Source: Ignavibacteriota bacterium (GTDB taxonomy: Bacteria > Bacteroidota > Ignavibacteria > Palsa-1295). From it: DNA of 64,000 nucleotides. How positions within the stretch are numbered: position 1 is the first letter of the stretch; the number at the start of each line of letters is the position of its first letter. Positions 1 through 11,583 of this stretch are shown here, piece by piece. The notes beneath the pieces are model-generated. The model was given only the letters and a program-made list of their open reading frames with translations. It searched no databases and was not told where the DNA came from. The translations under genes were made by a program, and so were the position numbers. The stretch spans positions 128,001 through 192,000 of the forward strand of contig CAWBEI010000004.1 in assembly GCA_963787835.1 (NCBI GenBank), read 5' to 3'.

Positions 1-780
1 CAATGAGCGGAAGCGCATTACGGCATCCTGCGGTACAATAATGGGCCGGACATTCAGCGAATGCGGAGCGATAGCTGTGATAAGCATGACCTGACTTGTC
101 GGCTCAACAATTGGTCCGCCTGCGCTGACAGCGTAGCCTGTAGAACCGGTTGGAGTAGAAACCATCATGCCATCGGCCCGAATAACACCCACCAAAGCAC
201 CCGGATGATCGCTCATGCTTCCCACATATACTTCAAGAGTAAGCATACGTGTCGAGCCATAATTATCGATCACGACTTCATTCAACGCATCAAGCGTTAC
301 CTGTGGGGCCGACATTCCGCTTCTGGATGGTTCCAGATTATCTTGCTTGACAAGCACGGGTTCTCCCGAATCGCTTTTGACGCTTGCATGGAGCATGAGC
401 CGTTCTTCAACCACCAGCGATCCGCTTGCAAGATCATCAATAAGGGCATCGATCTCTTCCGGTGGGTGCTCGGAAAGAAATCCCAGTTTTCCGGCGTTCA
501 CGCCGATCAGGCGTGTAGCGGGGTTTGCGCGAGCAATAGCGCGTGCGGCCAGCAGCATCGTCCCATCGCCGCCAATGGATACGATGACGTCGCTTGCTTT
601 TGCTAACTCGATCAGTGAAGGGGCAACCTTAGAATCTTTAGGCTGTTCCAGTGATGCCATCTTCTCGGTAAGGATGAGCGTTGCATCGGGAAATTTCTTG
701 GATAGTTTAGCAAGAACATGCGAAAGCGTCTCGCGAACCGAAGCGAGATTTTCGTGTCCAATGATGCCAATGGTATTCAT
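1..780 (-). CDS. nadK: NAD(+) kinase, 3' end runs off the window; not in the ORF track
   Basis: Manual translation from ATG at 780: MNTIGIIGHENL...VSIGGDGTML...GVNAGKLGFL...ALNEVVI...ADGMMVSTPTGSTGYAVSAGGP. This has the GGDGT, NE and TPTGSTGY motifs. The ATG overlaps the folD stop (ATGA). Confidence 0.95.
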   Translation of the reverse strand, partial: MNTIGIIGHENLASVRETLSHVLAKLSKKFPDATLILTEKMASLEQPKDSKVAPSLIELAKASDVIVSIGGDGTMLLAARAIARANPATRLIGVNAGKLGFLSEHPPEEIDALIDDLASGSLVVEERLMLHASVKSDSGEPVLVKQDNLEPSRSGMSAPQVTLDALNEVVIDNYGSTRMLTLEVYVGSMSDHPGALVGVIRADGMMVSTPTGSTGYAVSAGGPIVEPTSQVMLITAIAPHSLNVRPIIVPQDAVMRFRSL

Positions 781-1694
781 GCGGGTCGCAAACTTAAGTT
801 TGCGCTACATTGCCGCTGCGCCGCTGTCATTGTGTTTCTTAGCACCATCGCAATGGTCATTGGTCCGATGCCTCCGGGAACTGGCGTGATCGCGCTGGCT
901 TTCATTTTTACATGGTCATAATCGACATCGCCGACAAGGCGTGAGCCGGATTTCCGTGTCTTGTCCTCAATGCGATTGATGCCTACATCGACGACGACCG
1001 CACCTTCGCGAACCATATCGGCTGTTATCGCAAGTGGAACTCCCATTGCCGCGATGAGAATATCCGCTTGCCGGGTGATCTCCCCAAGCCGTGCGCCGGC
1101 ACCGGTGTGGGCGATCGTTGCAACAGCATTGGCTTTGGAATTTTTCTGGGCGAGCAATAGTGCAAGCGGCTTGCCTACTAAATTCGAGCGCCCGACGACC
1201 ACCGCGTGCTTGCCAGGAACTTCCACGCCGGTTCGTGCGAGCAATTCGATGACTCCAGATGGGGTGCAAGGCGCGAAGTAATCGCCTTTGCCGATCGAGA
1301 GCCTTCCGGCATTCAGCGGGTTGAACCCATCGACATCTTTTTCTGGCGCGATCAGTTCGATCACACGCTCTTCGCGCATCTGCTTTGGTAATGGGAACTG
1401 CACAAGCAGGCCGTGCGTGGATGGATCCTCATTCGTCTGACGGATAAATTCAAGCAGCACTTCTTCTTCGGCGTTCGAGGGAAGAAGTATCGTCTCATGA
1501 GAAAAACCGGCTTCCTCGGCGGCGATACCCTTGTTGCGCACATAGACTTCGCTTGCGGGATCCTCACCTACGAGGATGAAGACGATGCGCGGACGAATCC
1601 CCTGCGATTCTAAAAATTGCGCGGCCTCGATGCGGACTTCCTCGCGAATTTCAGCAGCAACTTTCTTCCCATCGAGGATTCGGGCTTCAGCCAT
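777..1694 (-). CDS. folD: Bifunctional methylenetetrahydrofolate dehydrogenase/cyclohydrolase
   Basis: ILDGK, YVRNK, KDVDGF, PCTP, GRSNLVGKP, DVGINR and PVPGGIGPMT motifs. A GGAG SD favours ATG 1694; 1709 is the alternative start. Confidence 0.97.
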   Translation of the reverse strand: MAEARILDGKKVAAEIREEVRIEAAQFLESQGIRPRIVFILVGEDPASEVYVRNKGIAAEEAGFSHETILLPSNAEEEVLLEFIRQTNEDPSTHGLLVQFPLPKQMREERVIELIAPEKDVDGFNPLNAGRLSIGKGDYFAPCTPSGVIELLARTGVEVPGKHAVVVGRSNLVGKPLALLLAQKNSKANAVATIAHTGAGARLGEITRQADILIAAMGVPLAITADMVREGAVVVDVGINRIEDKTRKSGSRLVGDVDYDHVKMKASAITPVPGGIGPMTIAMVLRNTMTAAQRQCSANLSLRPA

Positions 1695-2601
1695 TGATTG
1701 TTTCTCCATTTAACACCCCTTCGGATGCAGCGACGAGCGTATCGTTCTCGATCTCTTCGATCTCGGGAGGCGCTTCGGGGGCTCGAGTGCGCTCAAAATT
1801 TGGATACATAAATGGTTCGATGTCCAATGCGGAACCTGTGGCAACATCGATCGTAAGGCTAACGCCGGCGATACGAATGCTCTCAGTGGCAATTTCGTAT
1901 TTGTATGGGGTCTGGTGCAGGAATCGCTTCACGGCGACATCTATCTTCATTCCGATCACGCTTTCATAAGGCCCGCTCATGCCAACATCGGTGATATACG
2001 CGGTCCCTCCGGGAAGGATCTGCGCATCGGCGGTCTGCACGTGGGTATGGGTTCCAAGCACGGCGCTTACTTTGCCATCGAGGTATCGGCCCATCGTTTG
2101 CTTTTCGGCGGTAGCTTCAGCGTGCATATCTACGATGATAATGCGCGCTCGCTCGCCGACTTTATCTAATGCCCAATGCGACACGCGGAACGGGCAGTCG
2201 ATGGTCTGCATGTACGTGCGGCCTTGCAAATTCACCACGCCGACGGCAATGCCGCTCTTTGTTTCGCCTACGGCATAGCCTGAGCCGGCATTTTCGCGCG
2301 GGTAATTTGCGGGGCGCAAGACGCGGCGATCTTCCGCCATCAACCCACGGGCATCCCAGCGATCCCAGACGTGGTTGCCGGTCGTGATAACTTTCGCGCC
2401 GGCCGCGAAGATCTCATTCGCCTGCTTTTTCGTGAGGGATTTTCCTTCAGCGACGTTCTCGCCATTGACGATAATAAAATCCGACGAATATTTTTGGGCA
2501 AGCGTTGGAAGCATCTTCGTCACCATGGCGAGGGCGCCTGTGCCGACGACATCGCCAATGAAGAGAACCCGAACAGTAGAGGATTGTGTGGTTTCTGGCA
2601 T
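1687..2601 (-). CDS. ymdB: YmdB/TIGR00282 family metallophosphoesterase
   Basis: FIGDVVG, NGEN, TTGNH, RPANYP, DMHAEATAEK, GTHTHV and TDVGM motifs. Start uncertain (2601 vs 2679). Confidence 0.93.
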   Translation of the reverse strand: MPETTQSSTVRVLFIGDVVGTGALAMVTKMLPTLAQKYSSDFIIVNGENVAEGKSLTKKQANEIFAAGAKVITTGNHVWDRWDARGLMAEDRRVLRPANYPRENAGSGYAVGETKSGIAVGVVNLQGRTYMQTIDCPFRVSHWALDKVGERARIIIVDMHAEATAEKQTMGRYLDGKVSAVLGTHTHVQTADAQILPGGTAYITDVGMSGPYESVIGMKIDVAVKRFLHQTPYKYEIATESIRIAGVSLTIDVATGSALDIEPFMYPNFERTRAPEAPPEIEEIENDTLVAASEGVLNGETING

Positions 2602-2734
2602 AGAAACACTAAACAGAATCCACGGCGGGTTCGTCCCGCGTTCAGGGAAAGCAGAATGGAGCGGCATGTTCTGAGACACGATAAAGCGTACCCTTGTTGT
2701 TGTGTGCCGGAAAGACAGCTATTTTTTATTTTTG

Positions 2735-3979
2735 ATGGCTTACGAACTCTGGATCGCCCGCCGGTATGCGTTCTCGAAACGGCGTGAAAACTTCATTACG
2801 ATTATCAGCATTCTTTCTATCGTCGGGCTGGCGGTGGGAACGGCGGCGCTCGTGATCGTCCTTTCTGTATTCAACGGATTTTCTTCCGTGGTGACGAACA
2901 TATACGTCAGTTTCGATCCACATGTTCGCATTTCTGCGATCGCAGACACCACGAAGGGCGATGGAGGTCCGGCTCTTATCACGAACGCCGACAGTATTAT
3001 TCGAATCGTGCGTAGAGTTCCAGAAGCGCGAGGCGTGGCGGCAGCGATCCACGGGAAGGCGGTGCTCGTGCATTATACACTACCGAAAGTGATCGATCTC
3101 ACCGGTATTTCTGCCGACGATGCAAAGGCTGTTTCGGGAATTGGGCATAGCATTGTCGCAGGAAGTCTTCAGCTTGATTCTGGCAGTATGGTCGTTGGGC
3201 AACTTTTGGCGAACGAGTTGGCGCTGCAAATTGGGGACAGCCTCGAGATCTATAGTCCATCGGGATTGGAGCGTATTCTTACAGAGCCGGTTACACCACG
3301 TATGCGAACGCTGTTCGTCCGCGGGATCTTTGCCGCCAACAACCGCGACTACGATGCCACCAATGCGTACGTAAGCCCGGATGTAGCGCGGGATCTGTTC
3401 GAGATCCCTGCACATGCCGCAACTACGATTGACGTACGATCAGCCGATGTGCAGTACGCGAACGAGCTAAAAGAGAAGATCGGAAAGGCGGTCGGTGGAA
3501 CCTATAACGTGCAGTCCTGGTACGACTTGCATACGGAACTCTATTCCGTGATGCAGATCGAGCGGTGGGTGGCGTATATCATTTTATTCCTTATTGTGGG
3601 CGTTGCGGCATTCAGCATTTTTAGCTCGCTCACGCTGACCGTCTTCGAAAAACAACGGGACATTGGGCTGTTGCGCGCACTCGGAAGCCCGATCAGTGGT
3701 ATTCGCAAGATCTATTGGATGCAAGGAACGCTCGTCGGCCTTATCGGCACCATTTCCGGATGCACCATTGGATTGATAGTGGTAGTGTTGCAGCAGAAGT
3801 TCGGGTTTTTCCCGCTCGACTCTACGGTTTATATCATTAGCGCGCTACCGGTCGAACTGCGATGGGAAGATTTCGTCTCCGTCGGCATTGGGTCGATGGC
3901 TCTGACGATGCTGTGCTCACTCATTCCATCCCGCCGTGCCGCCGAGGTCGATCCTGCCATTGCGTTGAGATGGGAATAA
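2735..3979 (+). CDS. LolC/E-family lipoprotein-releasing ABC transporter permease
   Basis: IARRY...FITIISILSIVGLAVG...VLSVFNGF, a periplasmic domain, EKQRDIGLLRALG and C-terminal PSRRAAEVDPAIALRWE. Confidence 0.9.
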   Translation: MAYELWIARRYAFSKRRENFITIISILSIVGLAVGTAALVIVLSVFNGFSSVVTNIYVSFDPHVRISAIADTTKGDGGPALITNADSIIRIVRRVPEARGVAAAIHGKAVLVHYTLPKVIDLTGISADDAKAVSGIGHSIVAGSLQLDSGSMVVGQLLANELALQIGDSLEIYSPSGLERILTEPVTPRMRTLFVRGIFAANNRDYDATNAYVSPDVARDLFEIPAHAATTIDVRSADVQYANELKEKIGKAVGGTYNVQSWYDLHTELYSVMQIERWVAYIILFLIVGVAAFSIFSSLTLTVFEKQRDIGLLRALGSPISGIRKIYWMQGTLVGLIGTISGCTIGLIVVVLQQKFGFFPLDSTVYIISALPVELRWEDFVSVGIGSMALTMLCSLIPSRRAAEVDPAIALRWE

Positions 3980-4064
3980 AAGGAAGTTGGCACAATTTTT
4001 CCGTTTTCATCGTATATTGTAATCTAAATGATAGGCACCTATTCTGCCGTCTCAGGCCGCGCAC

Positions 4065-5666
4065 ATGAATAAACTGTATTTCGGTGATAATCTCGATATT
4101 CTCCGCGAGCACATTGCGGATGAATCGGTTGATCTTATCTATCTCGATCCGCCGTTCAATTCCAAGCGCGATTATTCCGTGCTCTTTAAAACCCCGAAGG
4201 GACACGAAAGCGACGCGCAGATCACCGCATTTGAAGATAGCTGGCATTGGGGCGAACAGGCCGAGCGTGAGTTCTCCGAACTCGAGCAAAGCCAGCATAC
4301 CGATGTCGCCGAGATGATGATCGCGCTCCGAAAGTTCCTCGGCACCAACGACATGATGGCCTATCTCACTATGATGGCCAACCGGCTGCTCGAACTACAC
4401 CGCGTGCTAAAACCCACAGGCTCGCTCTATCTCCATTGTGACCCGACTGCAAGCCATTATTTGAAGGTTATTTTGGATGGAGTTTTTGGACATGGAAATT
4501 TTAGAAATGAAATTTCATGGAGGCGGTCAAATCCAAAGAGTCAGAGCTCCGTGAATTTTCCCAACTGTCGCGACATCATTTTAAGATACTCGAAAGGAGA
4601 ACATCCTATATTTCATATGATGTATGGAGAACATGATTTAGGTTATGTTGATAAAGCTTATCGTTACAAGGATGAACGAGGACGCTACAGGCTGCTCCCG
4701 CTCCTGAATCCTAACAAGGATCGACCCAATCTTACCTACGATTTCCTTGGAATCCATAGGGTATGGCGATGGACGCGTGATAGGATGCAAAAGGCTTACG
4801 ATGAGGGTCTTGTAGTGCAACTCAAACCGGGAGCTGTTCCGCAATATAAACTATATCTTGAAGATTCGAAGGGCCGAACAATTTCTAACGACTGGAATGA
4901 CGTAGATCAGGCTGCGGGAAATGAATCATTAGGTTATCCGACGCAAAAACCGCTCGCGCTGCTTGAAAGAATTATCGAAGCATCGTCTGACGAGGGCGAT
5001 GTGGTGCTCGATCCGTTTTGCGGATGCGGGACAGCGGTGCATGCCGCAGAGAAGCTCGGACGGCAGTGGATTGGCATCGACATCACGCACCTCGCCATTT
5101 CGCTCATCGAAAAACGGCTGAAGGATGCGTTCCCGGGAATTAAATTCGAGATCGAGGGCACGCCGAAAGATGTGGATGGCGCGCGCGACCTGGCCGAACG
5201 CGATAAATATCAGTTCCAGTGGTGGGCCTGTTCCTTAGTGAACGCCGCGCCGTATCAGGGCAAGAAAAAAGGTGCCGACTCCGGCATTGACGGACTCATC
5301 TTTTTCCACGACGATAAATCCGGCGCGAAGAAGATCGTGGTATCGGTCAAGGGCGGCGAGAATGTGAACGTAGCGATGGTGCGCGATCTCGGCCACGTGG
5401 TCGATCGCGAAAAAGCCTCGATGGGATTTTTTGTCACACTGGCCGAACCGACGCGACCGATGCGCGAGGAAGCAGTCTCCGCCGGTTTCTACGACGCGCC
5501 CCGCTTCGGCTCCGAATACCCGAAGCTGCAAATCCTCACCATCGAAGGACTCATGAACGGCACCGAACGGCCCCGGTTCCCTGATTTATCTTTGGGGGGG
5601 GCCACGTTCAAAAGGGCGGAAAAGGATGAGCGTGTGACAAAACAGCACCGTTTGTTTAATGAGTGA
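4065..5666 (+). CDS. Beta-class amino-DNA methyltransferase with C-terminal Mrr-like nuclease-fold domain
   Basis: YLDPPFNS (motif IV), YPTQKP and DPFCGCGT (motif I). The C-terminal ADSGIDG...VSVKGG segment is Mrr-like. Confidence 0.9.
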   Translation: MNKLYFGDNLDILREHIADESVDLIYLDPPFNSKRDYSVLFKTPKGHESDAQITAFEDSWHWGEQAEREFSELEQSQHTDVAEMMIALRKFLGTNDMMAYLTMMANRLLELHRVLKPTGSLYLHCDPTASHYLKVILDGVFGHGNFRNEISWRRSNPKSQSSVNFPNCRDIILRYSKGEHPIFHMMYGEHDLGYVDKAYRYKDERGRYRLLPLLNPNKDRPNLTYDFLGIHRVWRWTRDRMQKAYDEGLVVQLKPGAVPQYKLYLEDSKGRTISNDWNDVDQAAGNESLGYPTQKPLALLERIIEASSDEGDVVLDPFCGCGTAVHAAEKLGRQWIGIDITHLAISLIEKRLKDAFPGIKFEIEGTPKDVDGARDLAERDKYQFQWWACSLVNAAPYQGKKKGADSGIDGLIFFHDDKSGAKKIVVSVKGGENVNVAMVRDLGHVVDREKASMGFFVTLAEPTRPMREEAVSAGFYDAPRFGSEYPKLQILTIEGLMNGTERPRFPDLSLGGATFKRAEKDERVTKQHRLFNE

Positions 5667-6678
5667 GGAACAATTCTTTATTGCCGAAGGTGGAAACCTT
5701 CTTCTTAATAGGCTTACAGAAGCTATCGTTTCTGCCCGCCCTACAAGTCTCTCGATTGCGTCCGCATTCGTCACATTCGGAGGTGTTTACGAGCTAGATC
5801 AGCTCGCGCAGAAGGCTTCTATAAGAGATGTTAGGCTAGTGGCAGGAACGGACTTCTGTATCACTCAACCGGAAGCACTAAGAGACTCTATTGATAAGGG
5901 ATGGAACCTACGCATTGCCCAGCCGCGCAATGGAATTTTCCACCCTAAGGTGATTATTGCCTCCAGCGAGAAAGAAGGCACTTTAGAACCGAATGGCATA
6001 CTTTATGTTGGCTCAGCTAACTTAACGGGGCGGGGGCTTCGTGAAAACATAGAAAGTTGCTGGATGGGTAACAGGAATATCGAACAACCAATTATCGAGT
6101 TCAATCGAATTTGGGAAACTTCGCGTGAGTTTTCCGAGGAGTTTTTTGAGGACTATTCAAAACTGTTTGCGAAGGCGAATGCATCTCGTTCAGCTGAAAC
6201 AAGAGATGCGCTTCAAGGTGTATTATCAAGCACAAGCGGTGAAGAAAAAAGGACAGTCATAAGCCATACCTATGCAACAGCCGCTTGGGCCGAATTGAAA
6301 AGTTTTACAGGTGGGTACGTGCTTCAAGTGGAATTTCCTCGGGATGTTGCAGAGGTTGTACGAGGATTCGTACATGGAAGGCTGAGCAATGATGATCGCG
6401 TCCAAATCAACTGTGCAGATGGCGATATTAGGAACCTAATGCTAAAATTTTATGAGGCTAATTCAATGTACCGCCTCAATATTCCTAAAAGCGTTCCTAA
6501 TGTAAAGAGCGCGATAGAAACTCATTCAGGGATTGCACTGCTAACCAATCTCGGTCCACAAGAACCGCTGCAACTGAAGATTGTTACAATGCCCGACGAA
6601 ATGGAAACAATAGTATCTCGTTCGGAAGCTCTTCATTCGATTTATACGACAACCACTAGACGCTATGGATGGTACTAA
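5659..6678 (+). CDS. PLD-family (HKD) restriction endonuclease-like protein, BfiI/NgoAVII-type architecture
   Basis: IASAFVT, FHPKVII, YVGSANLT and NIES motifs. Overlaps the MTase stop. A C-terminal domain of about 150 aa is the presumed DNA-recognition domain. Confidence 0.75.
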   Translation: MSEEQFFIAEGGNLLLNRLTEAIVSARPTSLSIASAFVTFGGVYELDQLAQKASIRDVRLVAGTDFCITQPEALRDSIDKGWNLRIAQPRNGIFHPKVIIASSEKEGTLEPNGILYVGSANLTGRGLRENIESCWMGNRNIEQPIIEFNRIWETSREFSEEFFEDYSKLFAKANASRSAETRDALQGVLSSTSGEEKRTVISHTYATAAWAELKSFTGGYVLQVEFPRDVAEVVRGFVHGRLSNDDRVQINCADGDIRNLMLKFYEANSMYRLNIPKSVPNVKSAIETHSGIALLTNLGPQEPLQLKIVTMPDEMETIVSRSEALHSIYTTTTRRYGWY

Positions 6679-6772
6679 CTGTCTAGGTTTCTGCGCCGTA
6701 TGTTATCTGCACCCTACTGCATAGCGTTTCGAAGTCTGAACCAGCTCCTACTAGCACTTTGTTCATATATCA

Positions 6773-7429
6773 ATGGCACTAAACTCGGTATACCGGCGAA
6801 GAATGATCCAAATTTTGGATAACTCTGTGCTAACGTCCGGTAATTTTGATTACGATTTCTCACAAGATGGTGACGGGGTAGTATTGATAGTTTGTAAGCA
6901 TAACGAGCTTTACTACTTCTCGGCTAATTCCCGATTTCAAATCTCATGCGCTCCTAGCGAAGTCTTCGATAAGCAAGAAACGAATCTAAATAACATCGAA
7001 CAAGTTTTGGATGAATTGAAAAAATGGGTCGAGAGGGTTGAGCGAAACCTCGAGGCAGATGCAGAGCTCTATGGTGATATAGACGACTTTGTCAAAGAGT
7101 CTGAGACTTTTATTGAAGGGCTTCTGGATGCAAAGTTGCCAATCCCTGAAAATGAACAAGAATCGTGGGTTGAAAAACTAAGTACGTTGGAGCAGGAATG
7201 CATTAGAATTCTTGAGCAACAGAAAAAGGGAGCTGAGGCCATCGAACAATTAAGAAAAGACATAGACAACTTGAAAGCGAAGATAGGATCAATGCCAGCT
7301 GGTACTTGGCTACGAAGTGCTGCGGGTCGCTTTCGCAAGATTTATCAAAAAGCCAAAAATAACCCTCAAGCGAAGGCTTTCATGTTATGGGGGGCAGAGA
7401 AGGGAGTTGAAAAATTGCTTGGCATGTAG
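6773..7429 (+). CDS. Hypothetical protein with C-terminal coiled coil, low GC
   Basis: 218-aa AT-rich ORF co-oriented with the R-M pair. Helical EQLRKDIDNLKAKI region. Confidence 0.7.
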   Translation: MALNSVYRRRMIQILDNSVLTSGNFDYDFSQDGDGVVLIVCKHNELYYFSANSRFQISCAPSEVFDKQETNLNNIEQVLDELKKWVERVERNLEADAELYGDIDDFVKESETFIEGLLDAKLPIPENEQESWVEKLSTLEQECIRILEQQKKGAEAIEQLRKDIDNLKAKIGSMPAGTWLRSAAGRFRKIYQKAKNNPQAKAFMLWGAEKGVEKLLGM

Positions 7430-7473
7430 TCCTCCCGCTTCCCGTCGCGCGGCTTGTGTCGTCCGCCTCCGTG

Positions 7474-7550
7474 TCTGAACTGGGATTAATGGGACGGGGA
7501 GGATTTTTGGGATGATCGTGCGTAATCCCAACCATCCAAATCATCCTCCT
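7474..7550. repeat. Imperfect inverted repeat made of GGAT / ATCC units
   Basis: TCTGAACTGGGATTAATGGGAC..GAGGATTTTTGGGAT faces AATCCCAACCATCCAAATCATCCTCC. Confidence 0.5.
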
Positions 7551-7561
7551 CTATGGGCAAT

Positions 7562-7589
7562 TATGAATTATGAAGTATGAAGTATGAAA
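7562..7589 (+). repeat. Heptamer tandem repeat (TATGAAN)x4
   Basis: TATGAAT TATGAAG TATGAAG TATGAAA. A related tract lies at 17284-17311. Confidence 0.8.
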
Positions 7590-7625
7590 GGGGCCCATTT
7601 ATTTTTATTTATTTTCGAGAATCGC

Positions 7626-7654
7626 TTGACTTCCTGGAATTCCAATCGTATATT
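7626..7654 (+). promoter_or_regulatory. Sigma70-like promoter with no convincing downstream CDS
   Basis: TTGACT-N17-TATATT. Confidence 0.5.
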
Positions 7655-7831
7655 AGGTGGTGTGATGATGAGCACCAAGTGTCTATGGGAATTGTGTTTC
7701 GTGTCATGTTCATTGACAATCTGGCAGCCAGCGGTGGTTTTCGTTATGAACGAGTTCTCTGAGAATAGAATTTGTTGCAACAAATGGCGAAAACAGCCTG
7801 GAAACGACAGTTCATCGGGAACTCGAAAGAA

Positions 7832-7864
7832 AGAAAAATGGCACCATGTTCTGGGAGAACATGG
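7832..7864 (-). terminator. Hairpin downstream of tpl
   Basis: CCATGTTCT-GGG-AGAACATGG, with an A-rich tract upstream on + (U-rich tail on -). Confidence 0.55.
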
Positions 7865-7873
7865 ATTTGATAC

Positions 7874-9268
<1,395 letters not shown>

Positions 9269-9306
9269 TTAAAAAATGATGACGATAAATTATTGCTTAA
9301 GCAATA

Positions 9307-11583
9307 CTACTTGAAGGAGAACAGCATCGCCGGTCGGGGTAAATTTTCAGCTTCCATCTCCGGACCATGCAAGACGACCCTTGCATCAAGCGCAATGCAG
9401 CCTTCCGGCGAGGCAATAAGTGGATTAATATCGATCTCGGAGATCCACGGCTCATTGATAACTAACTGGCTGAATTTTACGAGCAGCGATTCAAGTCCGG
9501 CAACATCGATCGGCAACTTGCCGCGAGTTCCCTTTAGTGCCTGCCAGATATGGAGTTGCTCCATCATCTTGCGCGCCAGCGTATTATTGAGGGGCGGAAG
9601 TTCCAGCACGGTGTCCTTCATGACTTCGGCAAGGATGCCACCGGCTCCGAGCAGAAGAATAGGGCCAAATTGGGGATCGATGCTGCAGCCTAAGATGAGC
9701 TCGTATCCTTCCCGTTTTATCATCGGCTGGATGGAGACGCCATCGAAATCGCTTTCGTGACCTTTCGTGATCACGGAATCATGGATCTCCTTGAAGGCGC
9801 GGCTTACTTCATCCTCATTATGGATATTCAGCTTAACTCCGCCCACATCCGATTTATGGGTGATGGTCTTAGAAAGCAATTTTACAACGACGGGGAACCC
9901 GATGCGCCTCGCGGCATCGATGGCATCTCCGACTGTTGTAACAGCAACGGTTTCTGTAACGGGTATGCCATATTCGGTGAAGAGCTGCTTGGATTCGACT
10001 TCAGTCAGGATCGTTCGGCCTTCGGCTCGAACCTGGTCGATAATAGTGGAATGTTTTTGCAGCGGGTGCACAAAGTGGATGGAAGGTTCATCGGATTCCA
10101 AGGTGTTTAACCGTTCGCCGAATTTCCACATATAATTGAACACATTCGCTGCATCGTCCGGGAACTTGAAGGTGGGGATCCCGCCACGGCTCATGATGCC
10201 ATCGGCAGCGGAGACGTCCTCGCCTCCCATGAAGGATGCAATGAGCGGCTTGCCGAGTTTTGCATACTTCGCAATATTGGTTGCCATGGTTTGTGGCCGG
10301 GCCGCCACGAGCGGCGCGGTGATAGCAAGTACGCCGTCGGTGCCTTCGTCATTTAGTGCCAGTTCCACGGCACGTTCGAAGGTTGCTTCGGTGGCATCGG
10401 CAAGGATATCAACGGGGTTCCCATGGCTCCAGTGTGGCGGAAGAATTTCATTGAGGGCGCCCATGGTGTCCGGTGAAAGCTGCGCAAGTTGGCCGCCGCC
10501 CTCCATGAGGGCATCGGCCGCCAACACGCCCGGGCCACCGGCGTTCGTTACAATGGCAAGGCGTCGCCCTTTGGGGCGAGGTTGCTTGGCAAGGACGTCA
10601 GCAATATGGAAAAGTTCACCAATGCGATCGAGCCTCAGAACGCCGGCACGCCGAAACGCGGCATCGAGGACGGCATCGCTTCCGGTCAGAGCGCCGGTAT
10701 GCGAAGCAGCAGCTTTGGCGGCAGCTTCGGTGCGTCCGGCTTTAATTACGATGATCGGCTTACGAAGAGCGACCTCACGAGCGGCCGCAAGAAAGCGTGG
10801 AGCATTCCCGATGGACTCCATATAGATCACAATGGATTCCGTATTCGGATCGCTTCCAAGATAATCTATGAGATCACCCCATCCCACATCGAGCATCGAT
10901 CCGACGGAAACGAAGGCACTGAATCCCAAAGCCTCATTCAAGCTCCAGTCGAGGATCGCGGTGCAGAGCGCTCCGCTCTGGCTGATGAATGCCACATTCC
11001 CTGGCAAGGCTGCTTTTCGAGCGAACGTCGCATTCAGGCGATCGATGGGGTTCATCACTCCGATACAGTTCGGTCCTATGATGCGGAGTTGCGTGCCACG
11101 GATCCGGTCAGATATTTCTTTCTCAAGCGCCTTTCCTGCGGCTCCTGTTTCCCGAAATCCGGCAGAAATAATGATCGCACCTCGAACGCCTCTCTCTACG
11201 CATTCACTAATGATCGCTGGAACTGTGGCAGCAGGAGTTACGATCGCAGCCAGATCAACTTGCTTGGGAATATCGGCAAGCGAAGCGTATGCAGTATGCC
11301 CGGCAACCGTCTTACGGGTGGGATTGACGGCGAATATCTCCAAACCTGGGCGGACGTGTGAAAAGAGATTCGAGGTCAGAGCTTCCCCCGGGCTTCCCGG
11401 ACGTTCCGTAGCACCAATGATCGCGATGCTTTTGGGGTGGAAGAAGACGTTCAGAGGATGTTGAGTGGAGGGCGATGGAGTATGAGAAGCATCGCCGGCG
11501 ATACTTCTCGAGCTTTCCAATCCATCTATCAGGTTCTTACCCATCGTTCGAGGCGCGGGGTCTAAGATTTCTGTTGTAGGCAT
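9307..11583 (-). CDS. ADP-forming acetate/acyl-CoA ligase family protein (CoA-binding + ligase + ATP-grasp), no GNAT domain
   Basis: [19 protein letters not shown] (phospho-His), [20 protein letters not shown] and EIDINPL motifs. Confidence 0.9.
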   Translation of the reverse strand: MPTTEILDPAPRTMGKNLIDGLESSRSIAGDASHTPSPSTQHPLNVFFHPKSIAIIGATERPGSPGEALTSNLFSHVRPGLEIFAVNPTRKTVAGHTAYASLADIPKQVDLAAIVTPAATVPAIISECVERGVRGAIIISAGFRETGAAGKALEKEISDRIRGTQLRIIGPNCIGVMNPIDRLNATFARKAALPGNVAFISQSGALCTAILDWSLNEALGFSAFVSVGSMLDVGWGDLIDYLGSDPNTESIVIYMESIGNAPRFLAAAREVALRKPIIVIKAGRTEAAAKAAASHTGALTGSDAVLDAAFRRAGVLRLDRIGELFHIADVLAKQPRPKGRRLAIVTNAGGPGVLAADALMEGGGQLAQLSPDTMGALNEILPPHWSHGNPVDILADATEATFERAVELALNDEGTDGVLAITAPLVAARPQTMATNIAKYAKLGKPLIASFMGGEDVSAADGIMSRGGIPTFKFPDDAANVFNYMWKFGERLNTLESDEPSIHFVHPLQKHSTIIDQVRAEGRTILTEVESKQLFTEYGIPVTETVAVTTVGDAIDAARRIGFPVVVKLLSKTITHKSDVGGVKLNIHNEDEVSRAFKEIHDSVITKGHESDFDGVSIQPMIKREGYELILGCSIDPQFGPILLLGAGGILAEVMKDTVLELPPLNNTLARKMMEQLHIWQALKGTRGKLPIDVAGLESLLVKFSQLVINEPWISEIDINPLIASPEGCIALDARVVLHGPEMEAENLPRPAMLFSFK

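Noticed and set aside
61-921. Plus-strand ORFs 61-606, 347-889 and 718-921
   Set aside because: Antisense shadows of nadK and folD. The same applies to most short overlapping ORFs in the track, such as 7997-8665, 10489-11361 and 35659-36633.
5594-5601. G8 tract near the MTase 3' end as a phase-variation switch
   Set aside because: The tract is short. Slippage would change only the last ~20 residues and would not fuse the MTase to the nuclease.
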